Numbered from the stretch's first letter, positions 36,881 to 46,003 are shown. The stretch: 57,869 bases of DNA from an uncultured Gammaproteobacteria bacterium (GCA_964394215.1 CAYMVU010000001.1:1-57869); one strand, 5' to 3'. The notes: generated by a model from the sequence alone, not told the origin. Made by a program: numbers and translations.

Positions 36881-37960
36881 ATGAGAAATGTAAAAGATCT
36901 TCTGAAGAAGAATGATATCATCCGCGTGACGCCTGAGGATACGTTGTCACAAGCATTAGGACAGCTTTCCAGTTCTCACGATGCTGCATTTGTCATGGAC
37001 GAGCAAGACAACTTCTTAGGTGTGATCAATCCTTATTATGCATTGATACAATCCTCAGCCTATGACGGAGATACCAAAACAGAAAACTGTCTGCATCATC
37101 CGCCGAGAATTTATGAAGATGACACTGTCGGCCGTATAGCAAAAATGATGTGGGAATCACGCATTCATTACCTTCCTGTTTTCAATGAACAGGAGCAGTT
37201 TGTAGGTATCACATCAGCCAGAAGATTACTGCGACTGATGAGGGATAGTGTCGATCGTATTTATCTCAAAGGAATGCTTGAGTCAAAAAGTACTCCCTTT
37301 CAGACCGTGAAGGGAGATGACACAATCGCACATGCACTTTCTCTGTTTAAAGAGCATAAAATATCCAAGCTTGTTGTCTTGGATAACCGCGGAAAATTGG
37401 ACGGAATATTAAGTTACTATGATCTGGTTCCGTATATGATTGCTCCGGGAAAGAGGAAAAAAGGAGGCCGTGGAAGTGATGAGACAAATACGTTCAGAAA
37501 TGCAAAAGTCAAAAATTATATGCAAAAAACATTGCAGATACTGACACAGGATAAGACCGCAGCCGATGCGATCGACATGATCCTGGAGAAGGGAGGAGGA
37601 AGCGTTATTATTGTTGATGAAACCGAACATCCGTTAGGTATTATTACAACGAGAAATTTACTCACAATACTTCATATGCAGGAAGATCAGAAACCGGTAC
37701 AACTTACGACGAAGAATTTCAATGAGGCACATATTTCTGTCGTAACGGAGCTTGTTGACTATGTATTTGATCACATCCAAAAAGACGATAAGATCAGAAG
37801 CGCAGAAGTCATAGCTGAGGAAGAGAAAAAAGGTGTTTTGTTCAGAATTGCCATTCATATTATTCCCGTAAAAGGAAAGATGATTGTGTATGAGCGGGAA
37901 GGAAAGGATCTTCCCGGCATGCTGCGGGAACTAAAGGGCCTGGTCCGTCAGGAGAAGTAA
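36881..37960 (+). CDS. CBS-domain protein (two CBS pairs) with an unassigned C-terminal domain (HPF/YfiA-like?)
   Basis: Repeated CBS-like segments (HDAAFVMDEQDNFLGVI, IHYLPVFNEQEQFVGITS, ISKLVVLDNRGKLDGILS, GGGSVIIVDETEHPLGIITT). See findings for the C-terminal roughly 95 aa. Confidence 0.7.
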   Translation: MRNVKDLLKKNDIIRVTPEDTLSQALGQLSSSHDAAFVMDEQDNFLGVINPYYALIQSSAYDGDTKTENCLHHPPRIYEDDTVGRIAKMMWESRIHYLPVFNEQEQFVGITSARRLLRLMRDSVDRIYLKGMLESKSTPFQTVKGDDTIAHALSLFKEHKISKLVVLDNRGKLDGILSYYDLVPYMIAPGKRKKGGRGSDETNTFRNAKVKNYMQKTLQILTQDKTAADAIDMILEKGGGSVIIVDETEHPLGIITTRNLLTILHMQEDQKPVQLTTKNFNEAHISVVTELVDYVFDHIQKDDKIRSAEVIAEEEKKGVLFRIAIHIIPVKGKMIVYEREGKDLPGMLRELKGLVRQEK

Positions 37961-38018
37961 TTCCTCTCCCGCAACCACTCATTCAATACACATTGTTCAT
38001 TGAAACCATAAAATATAC

Positions 38019-38050
38019 TTGACAAATACTATTTTACTAGTATACTAGTA
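38019..38050 (+). promoter_or_regulatory. promoter plus perfect 16-bp palindromic operator (two TACTAGTA units)
   Basis: TTGACA (38019-38024), 16-nt spacer, TATACT (38041-38046). The palindrome TACTAGTATACTAGTA (38035-38050) overlaps the -10. ATG at 38054 implies a leaderless mRNA. Confidence 0.65.
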
Positions 38051-38053
38051 TTT

Positions 38054-38293
38054 ATGAATGAACTCATTTCGATTCTACTGTCGATAAAAACGGAAAAAGA
38101 AATGCGTGAGTTTTTATTGGCTCTTTTGACACCAAAAGAGATAGAGGAGTTACCGAAACGTATAGAGATTGTAAAGATGCTCAAAAGGGGAGTACCGCAG
38201 CATACGATTGCACAAAAATTGGGTGTCGGGGTCGCGACTGTGACAAGGGGGTCAAAAGAAGTTCAAAAAGGCAGGTTTTCAAACATTGCATAA
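38054..38293 (+). CDS. TrpR/YerC-YecD-family small DNA-binding protein
   Basis: LLTPKEIEELPKRIEIVKML..GVPQHTIAQKLGVGVATVTRGSKE helix-turn-helix, typical of the Trp-repressor-like family. 79 aa. Confidence 0.75.
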   Translation: MNELISILLSIKTEKEMREFLLALLTPKEIEELPKRIEIVKMLKRGVPQHTIAQKLGVGVATVTRGSKEVQKGRFSNIA

Positions 38294-38397
38294 CGATTAT
38301 ATGAATACAATTATTATCGATACATATTGGCAGAAATGGCTCTTCCGAAAAAGGAGGGTTGATTGTAGTGGGTGAATAAACGCCCGTTTCAATGAGC

Positions 38398-38421
38398 CCT
38401 CCAAAACGGAGGGTTTTTTTA
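38398..38421 (+). terminator. rho-independent terminator after the trpR-like gene
   Basis: CCCTCC-AAAAC-GGAGGG followed by 7 T. An upstream GGAGGG (38354-38359) could form a competing pairing. Confidence 0.7.
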
Positions 38422-38538
38422 TGGCTCATCGGCACTGTCGGGATCCAAGCTTTCCCGATCGTTTCGAAGAGTCGTACTTTTCGAGGATGCATGGGAAACC
38501 GATCGTTTCAGCTACCAGTTCTAGGAAAGGAATAAACT

Positions 38539-38643
38539 ATGTTGCTCATTCACTGTTGGGAAGATATCGGCGGAGAATCAATTCCAGATCCCAAGCCGGA
38601 GCCGAAACCGGACAAGGATAAGGACAAACCCAAGGAGAAGTAG
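38539..38643 (+). CDS. candidate 34-codon small ORF in the trpB2 leader (MLLIHCWEDIGGESIPDPKPEPKPDKDKDKPKEK)
   Basis: AGGAAAGGA lies 8-16 nt upstream of ATG 38539. Single Trp codon at position 7 and a Pro/Lys/Asp-rich tail. Confidence 0.3.
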   Translation: MLLIHCWEDIGGESIPDPKPEPKPDKDKDKPKEK

Positions 38644-38659
38644 TTACATCAAGTAGTTT

Positions 38660-38700
38660 GTGAGGAGAAGATGTAGTCAAATCCCATGCATCCTCCTCAC
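38660..38700 (+). promoter_or_regulatory. strong hairpin 32 nt upstream of trpB2
   Basis: GTGAGGAG(AA)GATG ... CATCCTCCTCAC: 12 bp with a 2-nt bulge and a 15-nt loop, followed by T-rich sequence. Confidence 0.5.
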
Positions 38701-38732
38701 TCTTTGCCAATTATTTATTATTTTATCTTTTT

Positions 38733-40046
38733 ATGAATACACGACAAGTAAGCATTCCGAAAAACGAAATGCCGACACATTTTGTAAATATTAATTTTTA
38801 TCTGCAAAAATATCTGGGGAAAATTCCTGATCCGCCGCTTCACCCCGCGACAAGGAAAATGGTAAGCCAGGCAGATCTGGAAGCGATTTTTCCGCAATCA
38901 CTTATCAGACAGGAAATGCTTCAGGACAAGGATCTGGAAATTCCCGATCAAGTACGTGATATCTACTCGATGTATCGTGCTACACCTCTTATGCGGGCAA
39001 GACGTCTGGAAAAGTTTCTTGATACACCTGCTCATATTTATTTCAAACATGAAGGAGCAACACTTTCGGGCAGTCATAAAATAAATTCAGCCTTAGTTCA
39101 GGCATACTACAACAAAAAAGAAGGTACTTCAAAACTTACGACTGAAACCGGTGCAGGACAATGGGGAAGTGCACTGAGTATTGCCTGTCGCTTTTTTGAT
39201 CTGCAATGCGAAGTGTTTATGGTAAGGGTTTCGTATGATCAGAAGCCCTACAGGAAAACGATAATGCAGATCTTCGGTTCGGAAGTACACGCAAGTCCGT
39301 CTGTAAAAACGGCAGTAGGTCGATCATATCTTGAAAAGGATGCTGATCATCCGGGAAGTCTGGGAATTGCGATCAGTGAAGCACTTGAAGAGGCTGTACA
39401 GGACGGTAAGACAAAGTATGCACTTGGCAGTGTCTTAAATCACGTCATTTTGCATCAAACAGTGATCGGTCAGGAAGCAAAAAAACAGATGGAGATTGCA
39501 GGTGAATACCCGGATACGATCATAGGCTGTGTTGGCGGGGGCAGTAATTTCTGCGGGTTTGCGATACCGTTTCTGATCGATAAGATCTCCGGTGTCAAAC
39601 CTCATCTTGAAGCACTGGCCATAGAATCTGCGGCTTGTCCCAAAATGACAGAAGGAGAATATAAGTATGATTTCGGCGATTCAGCCAGACTTACTCCGCT
39701 TCTCAAAATGGAAACACTGGGTTCTGATTTTGTTCCGCCGTCAATGCATGCCGGCGGGCTTCGGTATCATGGCAATGCTCCTACTTTATCTTTCCTGAAT
39801 AATGAGGGTATTACAAAACCGAGAGCATATGAACAAAAAGAAGTGTTTGAAGCCGGTGTGACGTTTGCACAGGCTGAAGGAATAATTCCCGCTCCTGAGA
39901 GTACGCATGCAATAAAAGCCGCGATTGATGAAGCTCTAAAAGTAAAAGAGGAGGGGAAGAAAAAAGTCATTCTTTTCAATCTCTCAGGTCACGGACTTCT
40001 TGACTTGTCGGGTTATGATGAGTTTTTACAGAATAAATTACCATGA
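38733..40046 (+). CDS. trpB: tryptophan synthase beta chain, long TrpB2-type
   Basis: HEGATLSGSHKINSA (PLP lysine block), GCVGGGSNF, and TrpB2-length N-terminal extension. 437 aa. No trpA or other trp genes in the window. Confidence 0.85.
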   Translation: MNTRQVSIPKNEMPTHFVNINFYLQKYLGKIPDPPLHPATRKMVSQADLEAIFPQSLIRQEMLQDKDLEIPDQVRDIYSMYRATPLMRARRLEKFLDTPAHIYFKHEGATLSGSHKINSALVQAYYNKKEGTSKLTTETGAGQWGSALSIACRFFDLQCEVFMVRVSYDQKPYRKTIMQIFGSEVHASPSVKTAVGRSYLEKDADHPGSLGIAISEALEEAVQDGKTKYALGSVLNHVILHQTVIGQEAKKQMEIAGEYPDTIIGCVGGGSNFCGFAIPFLIDKISGVKPHLEALAIESAACPKMTEGEYKYDFGDSARLTPLLKMETLGSDFVPPSMHAGGLRYHGNAPTLSFLNNEGITKPRAYEQKEVFEAGVTFAQAEGIIPAPESTHAIKAAIDEALKVKEEGKKKVILFNLSGHGLLDLSGYDEFLQNKLP

Positions 40047-40441
40047 AAATGAGAGCCTGTATGATACCGATTGCAGACCTTGTTGCTCATGAACGCGTAT
40101 CAAAAAAACGCGTTCATGAGCTGGTACAGTCACTGAGAGAAGAGCAAACTTTAAAAGAACCCATTGTTGTGGCAAAAGATTTTCATATTGTTCTGGACGG
40201 GCATCATCGGGTTGCCGCGTTGAAAATACTTGGATCTTCGTCTGTCCCGGCATATGTTGTAGATTATTTTTCAAAGGAAATTTCAGTACAAATTCGAAGA
40301 AAAAAACTTCTGGAACAACTCATTAAAGAATCTGTCATTTCATACGCAAAGCAGGGTATACAGTTTCCTTATAAGACAACAAAACATACGATCCGATCGG
40401 CCAGAGAGCATCAATCATTTCCTCTTGCCAGTTGTAAATAA
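40043..40441 (+). CDS. ParB/sulfiredoxin-fold small protein
   Basis: IPIADLVAHERVSKKRVHELVQSL....LKEPIVVAKDFHIVLDGHHRVAALKILG matches the ParB-like N-terminal domain pattern. The start overlaps the trpB2 stop (ATGA). Confidence 0.65.
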   Translation: MKMRACMIPIADLVAHERVSKKRVHELVQSLREEQTLKEPIVVAKDFHIVLDGHHRVAALKILGSSSVPAYVVDYFSKEISVQIRRKKLLEQLIKESVISYAKQGIQFPYKTTKHTIRSAREHQSFPLASCK

Positions 40442-40467
40442 GGTTTCTTTCGGGCATAATAATACCC

Positions 40468-41508
40468 ATGAAAACAGTCTTCATTACCGGTGGTTCAGGT
40501 TTCCTCGGAATAAACCTCATTCGATATCTTCTCAAAAAAGGCTACAAGATTATTTCTTATGACATCGTGCCGTTTGACTATGATGACTGCAGAGATAAGA
40601 TTACGGCTATTGTCGGTGACATTCGTGACAGAAAAACACTGCATGAATCCATGAAAGGATCGGATATAGTTATCCACTGTGCTGCGGCGTTACCTCTTTA
40701 CTCGGAGGAAGATATCTATTCTACCGATATTGACGGGACAAAGAACGTTATTGACGGTGCGATTATCCACAGGATTGACCGATTTATCCACATCTCATCC
40801 ACAGCTGTATACGGCGTACCTGATCATCATCCGTTGTATGAACATGACAAGCTGATCGGCGTTGGGCCATATGGAGAAGCGAAGATTAAAGCCGAAAAAA
40901 TCTGTGAAAAAGCACGCGAAAAGGGTCTTACAGTTTCCATTATTCGGCCGAAATCGTTTGTCGGACCGGAGCGTTTAGGAGTCTTCGCAGTGCTGTATGA
41001 CTGGGCAAAGGACGGACACGGATTCCCGATGATCGGAAACGGCAAAAACCGTTATCAGCTTCTTGATGTTGAAGATCTTTGTGATGCCATTCATGCCTGT
41101 ATGACGCTGGATAAGAAATCAGTAAATGATGTTTTTAATATCGGTGCTCGTGAGTTCACGACGATGGGGGAGGACTATCAGGCAGTGCTTGATGAAGCCG
41201 GATACGGCAAGAAAGTGATAGGGACTCCGGCAGGGCTTGTGATCGGAGTACTTAGGATTCTTGAAGCCTTAAAAATCTCTCCGTTGTACGCTTGGGTATA
41301 TGAGACCGCTTCAAAAGACTCATTTGTTTCGATTGATAAAGCTGAAAAAAAGCTAAACTACAAACCCAGATACTCGAATAAAGACGCCTTGATCAAGAAC
41401 TATCGATGGTATCTGGATCATTTGTCGGACTTTGAGGGACAAAGCGGAGTCTCACATCGCGTACCCTGGAAACAGGGGATACTTAGTATTTTCAAGAAAT
41501 TTATCTGA
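40468..41508 (+). CDS. NAD-dependent epimerase/dehydratase (extended SDR)
   Basis: ITGGSGFLG Rossmann motif and PYGEAK (YxxxK). Confidence 0.8.
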   Translation: MKTVFITGGSGFLGINLIRYLLKKGYKIISYDIVPFDYDDCRDKITAIVGDIRDRKTLHESMKGSDIVIHCAAALPLYSEEDIYSTDIDGTKNVIDGAIIHRIDRFIHISSTAVYGVPDHHPLYEHDKLIGVGPYGEAKIKAEKICEKAREKGLTVSIIRPKSFVGPERLGVFAVLYDWAKDGHGFPMIGNGKNRYQLLDVEDLCDAIHACMTLDKKSVNDVFNIGAREFTTMGEDYQAVLDEAGYGKKVIGTPAGLVIGVLRILEALKISPLYAWVYETASKDSFVSIDKAEKKLNYKPRYSNKDALIKNYRWYLDHLSDFEGQSGVSHRVPWKQGILSIFKKFI

Positions 41509-41517
41509 GGGTAGTAG

Positions 41518-42075
41518 TTACTCAATGCGGCTCCATCCTCTTGAATTCGGGTCTCTATCTCTGGCTTTGATAGCATCGTTGGCTTCCTGACGTGTCATGG
41601 GTCTTCTGTCTACTTCTTTTGTGACGATTCTGCTTTCTGTAAACAGGCCGCCTTCCAGTTCATTCTGAAACGTTACTAATTCGACAATATCATCCGGATC
41701 AGAGTCATCACTACCTGGCCATGAGGCCATAAGAGGGAGCAACGCTATGGCATACAGTGAGAGCGCAGATCTTTCTATCGGATTCAGATCTTTCCCACGA
41801 TTTCGGATTGATTTGACCTCTTCCATATAGGAGGGGAGCCCCGTAGTTGCCAGAGCAGAATACCCGAGAACAGCAATAGCTTGAAGATGAGTATCCCATT
41901 GTGCGTCTGATTCGGAATGAGCCCGCATGTCTGTAACTAATCCATGATAAGCCGGGATAAATCCGTCTTTCTGCCACTGGGTAAAAAATGTATCTGAATA
42001 CGATCTTGTGCCATTGAGTTCAGGATATCGATTGGACTGGTATCTTTGCCGCAGCATTTCAGTATAATTTGACAT
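41518..42075 (-). CDS. hypothetical protein
   Basis: 185-aa ORF with no motif recognised. Confidence 0.5.
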   Translation of the reverse strand: MSNYTEMLRQRYQSNRYPELNGTRSYSDTFFTQWQKDGFIPAYHGLVTDMRAHSESDAQWDTHLQAIAVLGYSALATTGLPSYMEEVKSIRNRGKDLNPIERSALSLYAIALLPLMASWPGSDDSDPDDIVELVTFQNELEGGLFTESRIVTKEVDRRPMTRQEANDAIKARDRDPNSRGWSRIE

Positions 42076-42105
42076 ACGAGCATATTATATCACATAGAGA
42101 GCCTT

Positions 42106-43566
42106 CTAGTAGTCTATAACCGCAACAACCTTTTTAGCCTGATCAAAAACGGGGTTAGCATACGGTTCGTTTAATCCCGTTGGAATATAGCTGTCAATGT
42201 ACAGTTTCACATAGCTATTGGTATCTTCAATAGGCATATTTTCTATGTAGGTAATACATTCCCGGCCGTCAAGAAGAAAGCGAAATGTTTCGTATTCACA
42301 GCTGTATCGATCTGAGTACAATAAAACATCGGCATTTTCCGGAATCCGCTCAAGGCCGGCATATACTCCCGGAGAAAAGACAAATAGAGCAATTGGAGAA
42401 CTCGGGAAAAGAACAAAGTACTGCCACAGGTTGAGGGTGATCTGAGCCACTGAAAGTAGCGAGACAACTGATAGCAATACAAGCTTTTTTCTTTCGTGTA
42501 CAAGCTGTAGAAGCACAAATAGAGCATATCCTGCGATGATATACAAAAACACATATGCAATCAGTACCCGCCGATAATATCCGTCTATTGTTGAGAACAG
42601 AGGTATCATTTGAATCATTAATCCTATACAAAGCCACAATACGAACTTATTTCGTTTGATAATCGCTGTTAGTATTCCGCCAGTTGCAAGAGCCAGAATG
42701 ATGTAATCGATACTTTGATAATCTCCGTATCCGTCAGCGCCGTCATGTTGATGCCCGATAAAAAACGCTTTCGTCTTCTTAAACCCGTTTTCATAGATAA
42801 AATTCAGCTTCTTACCGGTGCTTCCGGTCTTAAATTCGGCTTGGTTCAAGACGGAGATCGTCTTATGATGAGAAAAATATTCTTTCGGACCGGATGCAAG
42901 CTGAATAAGCAGGAATGAGGCTGTAATAATAAAAGTGAGTGAAAAAACGAGGATGTGTTTCCAGGATATTTGTTTCACTGCCCAGAGATACATGAATGCA
43001 AGGAATAAAAGGGGAGGAAATAAGATATAACTGTTGTATGAATACATTCCCAGGCCGCAAAAAGCCGCCGCCAGAATAAGTGTGAGATATGTTTTATTTG
43101 ATAAAAATAAGGAAAAAAAGTAAAGCGTTCCCGTGACAAAGAAAGGGGCGCTGATAAGCATAAAACCAATCCGGGAGTAATGAAGATGAATCAGCGAAAA
43201 TGAAAAGAGGAGGGTGATAATTACTGAAACTGTTGATCCGTAGAGCTTCTTTATGAAAAGATACATAAAGGGAATTGTTATGATGCCGAAAAATGCCATT
43301 GAAAGGCGTAGTGTCACGACACCTTCACCAAAAAGTTTAAAAAAGAGAGCCGTCAGATAGGCCGGTCCTGAAGGCTGACCGAGAGCACTGGGAGAGTATG
43401 CAGGAATGGGGCCTTCAGTTAATATTTTGAGAGCATCAAGTCCTGTCCAGGCTTCATCTCCGTGGATCCCCAGAGGAATCCGGTCAATCAAAATAACCCG
43501 CGGGACGACCGCAATAATCATCAAAATCAATGCAACAAGAATATCTTTTACCGGAAATTTTTTCAT
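42106..43566 (-). CDS. GT-C-fold membrane glycosyltransferase (ArnT/PMT family 39-like)
   Basis: Multi-TM protein with first-loop GIHGDEAW (DE motif). 486 aa. Confidence 0.65.
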   Translation of the reverse strand: MKKFPVKDILVALILMIIAVVPRVILIDRIPLGIHGDEAWTGLDALKILTEGPIPAYSPSALGQPSGPAYLTALFFKLFGEGVVTLRLSMAFFGIITIPFMYLFIKKLYGSTVSVIITLLFSFSLIHLHYSRIGFMLISAPFFVTGTLYFFSLFLSNKTYLTLILAAAFCGLGMYSYNSYILFPPLLFLAFMYLWAVKQISWKHILVFSLTFIITASFLLIQLASGPKEYFSHHKTISVLNQAEFKTGSTGKKLNFIYENGFKKTKAFFIGHQHDGADGYGDYQSIDYIILALATGGILTAIIKRNKFVLWLCIGLMIQMIPLFSTIDGYYRRVLIAYVFLYIIAGYALFVLLQLVHERKKLVLLSVVSLLSVAQITLNLWQYFVLFPSSPIALFVFSPGVYAGLERIPENADVLLYSDRYSCEYETFRFLLDGRECITYIENMPIEDTNSYVKLYIDSYIPTGLNEPYANPVFDQAKKVVAVIDY

Positions 43567-45323
43567 ATTTTCTTAAACACCATAATTTTCGGATGGTCAT
43601 ATACAGTAAAAGATTCATCGGCATGATCATCAATGATTTTCAACTGCCAGTTTCCGATACTCAGTCGGGGATAAGAGGAAAACTCTGCTACTTTTACAAA
43701 TCCGCGTTCATTGGCAAAAAGCCGGCGATAGTATTCTCCGGTCCGGGGATAGCATCTGCCGTGATCACCGCATTCCTGAAGGCGCTGAAGCGGTATATAC
43801 AGCCTGTTTGATGCAATCACGATATAATCACTTCGTTCCAGCTTTTCATTCAGGACATTCCACTTAAAATCGCTGTCAGGGATATCGTATAGTGTCAGTT
43901 CTTCATATTGATATTTCCCGTGGTCATATATCGGGACACGATCGTCCCAGTGTTCGACCGCAATTGTCGCGCCTTCAGGAACTGCTCTATTGATCCATTC
44001 GGTTGCGGCTATACGAGTACTTTTGGTCGAATAAATCTGTAAAAACGGAAGTGTCCAGAGTAACGCAAAACAGATAAAGCTCACACTGAGCGCTAGACGG
44101 GGTATCAATGATCCTTTATTGAAAAAGCCATTGTGAGACTTGTATAAATCCAGAATAGCAGATACTCCATAACCTGCCATCACGGCAAAAAACGGATACA
44201 TCAAAAGCATGTACCTCATAAATTTTACTGCTGACTTTCCGATTATGACAAAATACAAGGCATAAAAGAGAAAATAGAGGGTAAAAGGTGAATGCAGTAT
44301 TTTTGTCAACATTGTTGTTACGTTATTCGAACGGATAGGGGTAAAGTAACGTGCCTGCAGTATACATACGCCGATTCCCACCAGACTGAATATCGAGATT
44401 ACCGGACCCAGTCCCCAAAGGAAGATATTTTCAAGATAATAGAGATAGGGGATAGTACCTACATATTGCAAGGTATATGGGAAGACATAAGGATCAGAAT
44501 TCATTTTTATCTGAAGAAGAATATCTTTCAAAAAGCGTTGCCATTCAATAAATCCATACGGCATAAAAAGAAAAGAGAAGAGAACGGTAGTGAGGGTAAA
44601 AGCAAGTATGATCAGTAGCCGTTTCTTGAGAATGATACTACTTAGTGTTCTAAAACGATCCTTGTGAAACAGATTTCGTACTCGTTCAAAGATATTTTCA
44701 TGACGGGTGTTCGGAAGAAACAAAGTGTACAGTATTATTGGTGTAAAAATGACTGGAGTGACTTTCGTTGTTAATGATGCTGCAAAAGCTATTCCGATTA
44801 AAATTGCTTTCTTTATTGACGGTTGCTGATGGTAACACAGTAATAAATAGAGAAGAAGAGTGATGAATAGATTAAGAAATGTATCGACAATAAAAAAATG
44901 GCTGTTTTGAATCGGGAAGAATGCTACCGCATAAAAAAACGCCGCCCACGCGGCAACAGAGCGCCTTTTGAAGAGAGTTATTGAGATACGATAGATGAGC
45001 CTTATAACTATAAGATCATTGATAACTGAAAGCATCCTTCCCACAGGAAGAAGTCCGTCATAGCTATCGATCGGGATTTTTGTGAAATCCTGTCCGAGTT
45101 GTGCAATCGCAGCAAGAATATATACGGGGAGACTACCGTAATTGAAAAAATCGGGATTAAGCTGGGAGAAAAAAGTAATGCGTTCAGTCACCATAATAAG
45201 CATTCTTTCATCAGGGTGGAAATGATAGCCGGAATCCCAGTTTAAACCGTACATCCGCAGGAAAAAAGCAAGTATCAGAATGAACACAATAGCAGCATGT
45301 GAAAAAATCCGGCGAATATTCAT
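43563..45323 (-). CDS. GT-C-fold membrane glycosyltransferase-like protein
   Basis: Multi-TM with FHPDERMLIM in the first loop and a soluble C-terminal domain. 4-nt overlap with the downstream GT-C gene. Confidence 0.6.
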   Translation of the reverse strand: MNIRRIFSHAAIVFILILAFFLRMYGLNWDSGYHFHPDERMLIMVTERITFFSQLNPDFFNYGSLPVYILAAIAQLGQDFTKIPIDSYDGLLPVGRMLSVINDLIVIRLIYRISITLFKRRSVAAWAAFFYAVAFFPIQNSHFFIVDTFLNLFITLLLYLLLCYHQQPSIKKAILIGIAFAASLTTKVTPVIFTPIILYTLFLPNTRHENIFERVRNLFHKDRFRTLSSIILKKRLLIILAFTLTTVLFSFLFMPYGFIEWQRFLKDILLQIKMNSDPYVFPYTLQYVGTIPYLYYLENIFLWGLGPVISIFSLVGIGVCILQARYFTPIRSNNVTTMLTKILHSPFTLYFLFYALYFVIIGKSAVKFMRYMLLMYPFFAVMAGYGVSAILDLYKSHNGFFNKGSLIPRLALSVSFICFALLWTLPFLQIYSTKSTRIAATEWINRAVPEGATIAVEHWDDRVPIYDHGKYQYEELTLYDIPDSDFKWNVLNEKLERSDYIVIASNRLYIPLQRLQECGDHGRCYPRTGEYYRRLFANERGFVKVAEFSSYPRLSIGNWQLKIIDDHADESFTVYDHPKIMVFKKI

Positions 45324-45326
45324 ATC

Positions 45327-45902
45327 TTATTTTATAAGCTTTTTTTCAATGAAGTCCATTGCATCTGTCAATGACAAGAATTTGAGGTCATAATCAATAT
45401 GCTTATCAAATGCATTGGAAATCCAGATAGCTTTTGCATCAGTGTTTTTATTGATATGCTGGACGATATCCCAGTTATCCTCAATAAAATAGTCTAAACC
45501 GAGTTCTTTAATCATTTTTTCCTTAAAAACATGCGGCTGAAGGTTCTCCCGGTTATGAAATGTAGCGTGGAAATGCTTTTTTGAATCCATTTTTTTCAGC
45601 CATCGCTGGAAATCAGTTTTGAGACAGTCATAACGGCTGGTAATAATATAAGCCTCAATATCTCCTTTGTTTGCAAGTTTTTTGACGGTTTCAAAACCCG
45701 GAGATATAAAAAGGCTCGACCAGTGAACGATAATCCATATCCATTTTTCAAGAAATGTATTGGGATAATAAAAATGTGTTTTCTTTGTTGATTTTGGCTT
45801 AATGATAGTCTTTAAGCCTACCGTGATCGGACGAAAGATACGGGCCGGATTGTAGAGAAGAACGCCGTCCAGATCGAACCCGACTTTGAGTTTGGAGGAC
45901 AT
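45327..45902 (-). CDS. HAD-like hydrolase
   Basis: VGFDLDGVLLYNP (DxDG motif I). 191 aa. Confidence 0.55.
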   Translation of the reverse strand: MSSKLKVGFDLDGVLLYNPARIFRPITVGLKTIIKPKSTKKTHFYYPNTFLEKWIWIIVHWSSLFISPGFETVKKLANKGDIEAYIITSRYDCLKTDFQRWLKKMDSKKHFHATFHNRENLQPHVFKEKMIKELGLDYFIEDNWDIVQHINKNTDAKAIWISNAFDKHIDYDLKFLSLTDAMDFIEKKLIK

Positions 45903-46003
45903 GAATGATAAGGAATGAATAATTGTTAATTGATTGTCAGCAAAATTTTATTATACTAGATACAGTACGCTTACATGTTAGCGGATTACTTTAATTTACT
46001 TTT

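Noticed and set aside
38353-38421. GTGGGTGAATAAACGCCCG followed by a GGAGGG/CCCTCC/GGAGGG arrangement looked like a tryptophan T-box riboswitch.
   Set aside because: Only about 60 nt separate the trpR-like stop from this element, too little for Stem I and a specifier loop. The match to the T-box consensus (GGGUGGUACCGCG) is poor. It is most simply the terminator of the trpR-like gene.
38421-38621. A 66-aa ORF (MAHRHCRDPSFPDRF...) in the trpB2 leader.
   Set aside because: Its ATG is embedded in the terminator T-run with no RBS. The product is Arg/Ser-rich, and the region is better explained by hairpins, a direct repeat and the shorter RBS-preceded mini-ORF at 38539.
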